Source: Octopus sinensis
Lineage: Eukaryota
DNA: 64,000 nucleotides
NCBI RefSeq assembly: GCF_006345805.1
Contig: NC_043024.1
Location: forward strand, 16,244,001-16,308,000
Direction: 5' to 3'
In this document: positions 63,604 through 64,000 of the stretch, piece by piece
How positions within the stretch are numbered: the stretch's first letter is position 1
How the letters are laid out: every line of letters begins with the position of its first letter
Made by a program: the position numbers and the translations under genes
Notes under the pieces: model-generated
Told to the model about the DNA's origin: nothing
Seen by the model: the letters and a program-made list of their open reading frames with translations, nothing else
Database searches by the model: none

Positions 63604-63854
63604 ATTTTAACCTTTAAAGGTATTTTTTTAATATGCTGGCCATTGATAAAATTTATTTTTAGAAAAAATTTTATCCTACATTAAATATATATATATATGT
63701 GTGTAGATATATAACTTGGCGGTTCGGTAAAAGAGACCACTAGAATAAGTACTAGGCTTGCATAGAATAAGTCCTGGAGCCGAATTGTTTGACTAAAGGT
63801 GGTGCTCCAGCATGGCCGCAGTCACATGACTGAAACAAGTAAAAAAAGTAACTA

Positions 63855-63967
63855 TTTATTTTTAGAATGACATTGTCGGGCTGGCGTGAGAGGCTAGATC
63901 TGGACAATTTGACCATAAAACAAGTTGAACATTTGGGGCTGGATATGGCTAGTTTAAAGCTAGAGGG
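63855..63967 (+). mobile_element. piggyBac-type MITE family 2, 3' half
   Basis: Matches 23220-23335; ends GAGGG then TTAA (63968-63971). Confidence 0.65.
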
Positions 63968-64000
63968 TTAAGTTGACTTCTTTTCTAGAATTTGTACTAA

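Larger units (their letters stand above)
62755..63846 (+). mobile_element. SINE family A split at its internal (TA)n by two insertions
   Basis: 5' half 62755-62935 and 3' half about 63700-63846. Confidence 0.7.

Overview
AT-rich eukaryotic DNA that is intergenic or deep intronic. The SINE, RTE and microsatellite landscape looks like an octopus (cephalopod) genome; this comes from recall, not a database search. I can support no host protein-coding gene, tRNA or rRNA gene, or CRISPR array. Almost every ORF in the supplied track is a microsatellite read-through or a transposon relic. The window contains three tRNA-headed SINE families, RTE, CR1 and R4/Dong-like LINE relics (one 2.4 kb RTE with RT plus a PHD-like finger), mariner and hAT transposase fossils, hAT and piggyBac-type MITEs, a complete non-autonomous Helitron and a Penelope-type GIY-YIG endonuclease fossil. 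The main unannotated signal is a set of type I minimal hammerhead ribozyme folds from about seven unrelated short-element families. Each family has its own self-complementary stem III (ACGU, ACCGGU, ACAGCUGU, AAUAUU, AUCGG-U-CCGAU, AUUAAU; two families share ACGU). Three have fully canonical catalytic cores (8347-8419, 48828-48951, 63375-63436). One has a reciprocal G3-C8 swap (31102-31151), and one four-copy family has a fixed A6-to-U change. Most of these elements abut (TA)n, and two sit inside long inverted repeats that mimic MITEs. All folds and alignments were made by eye; none was computed or tested.
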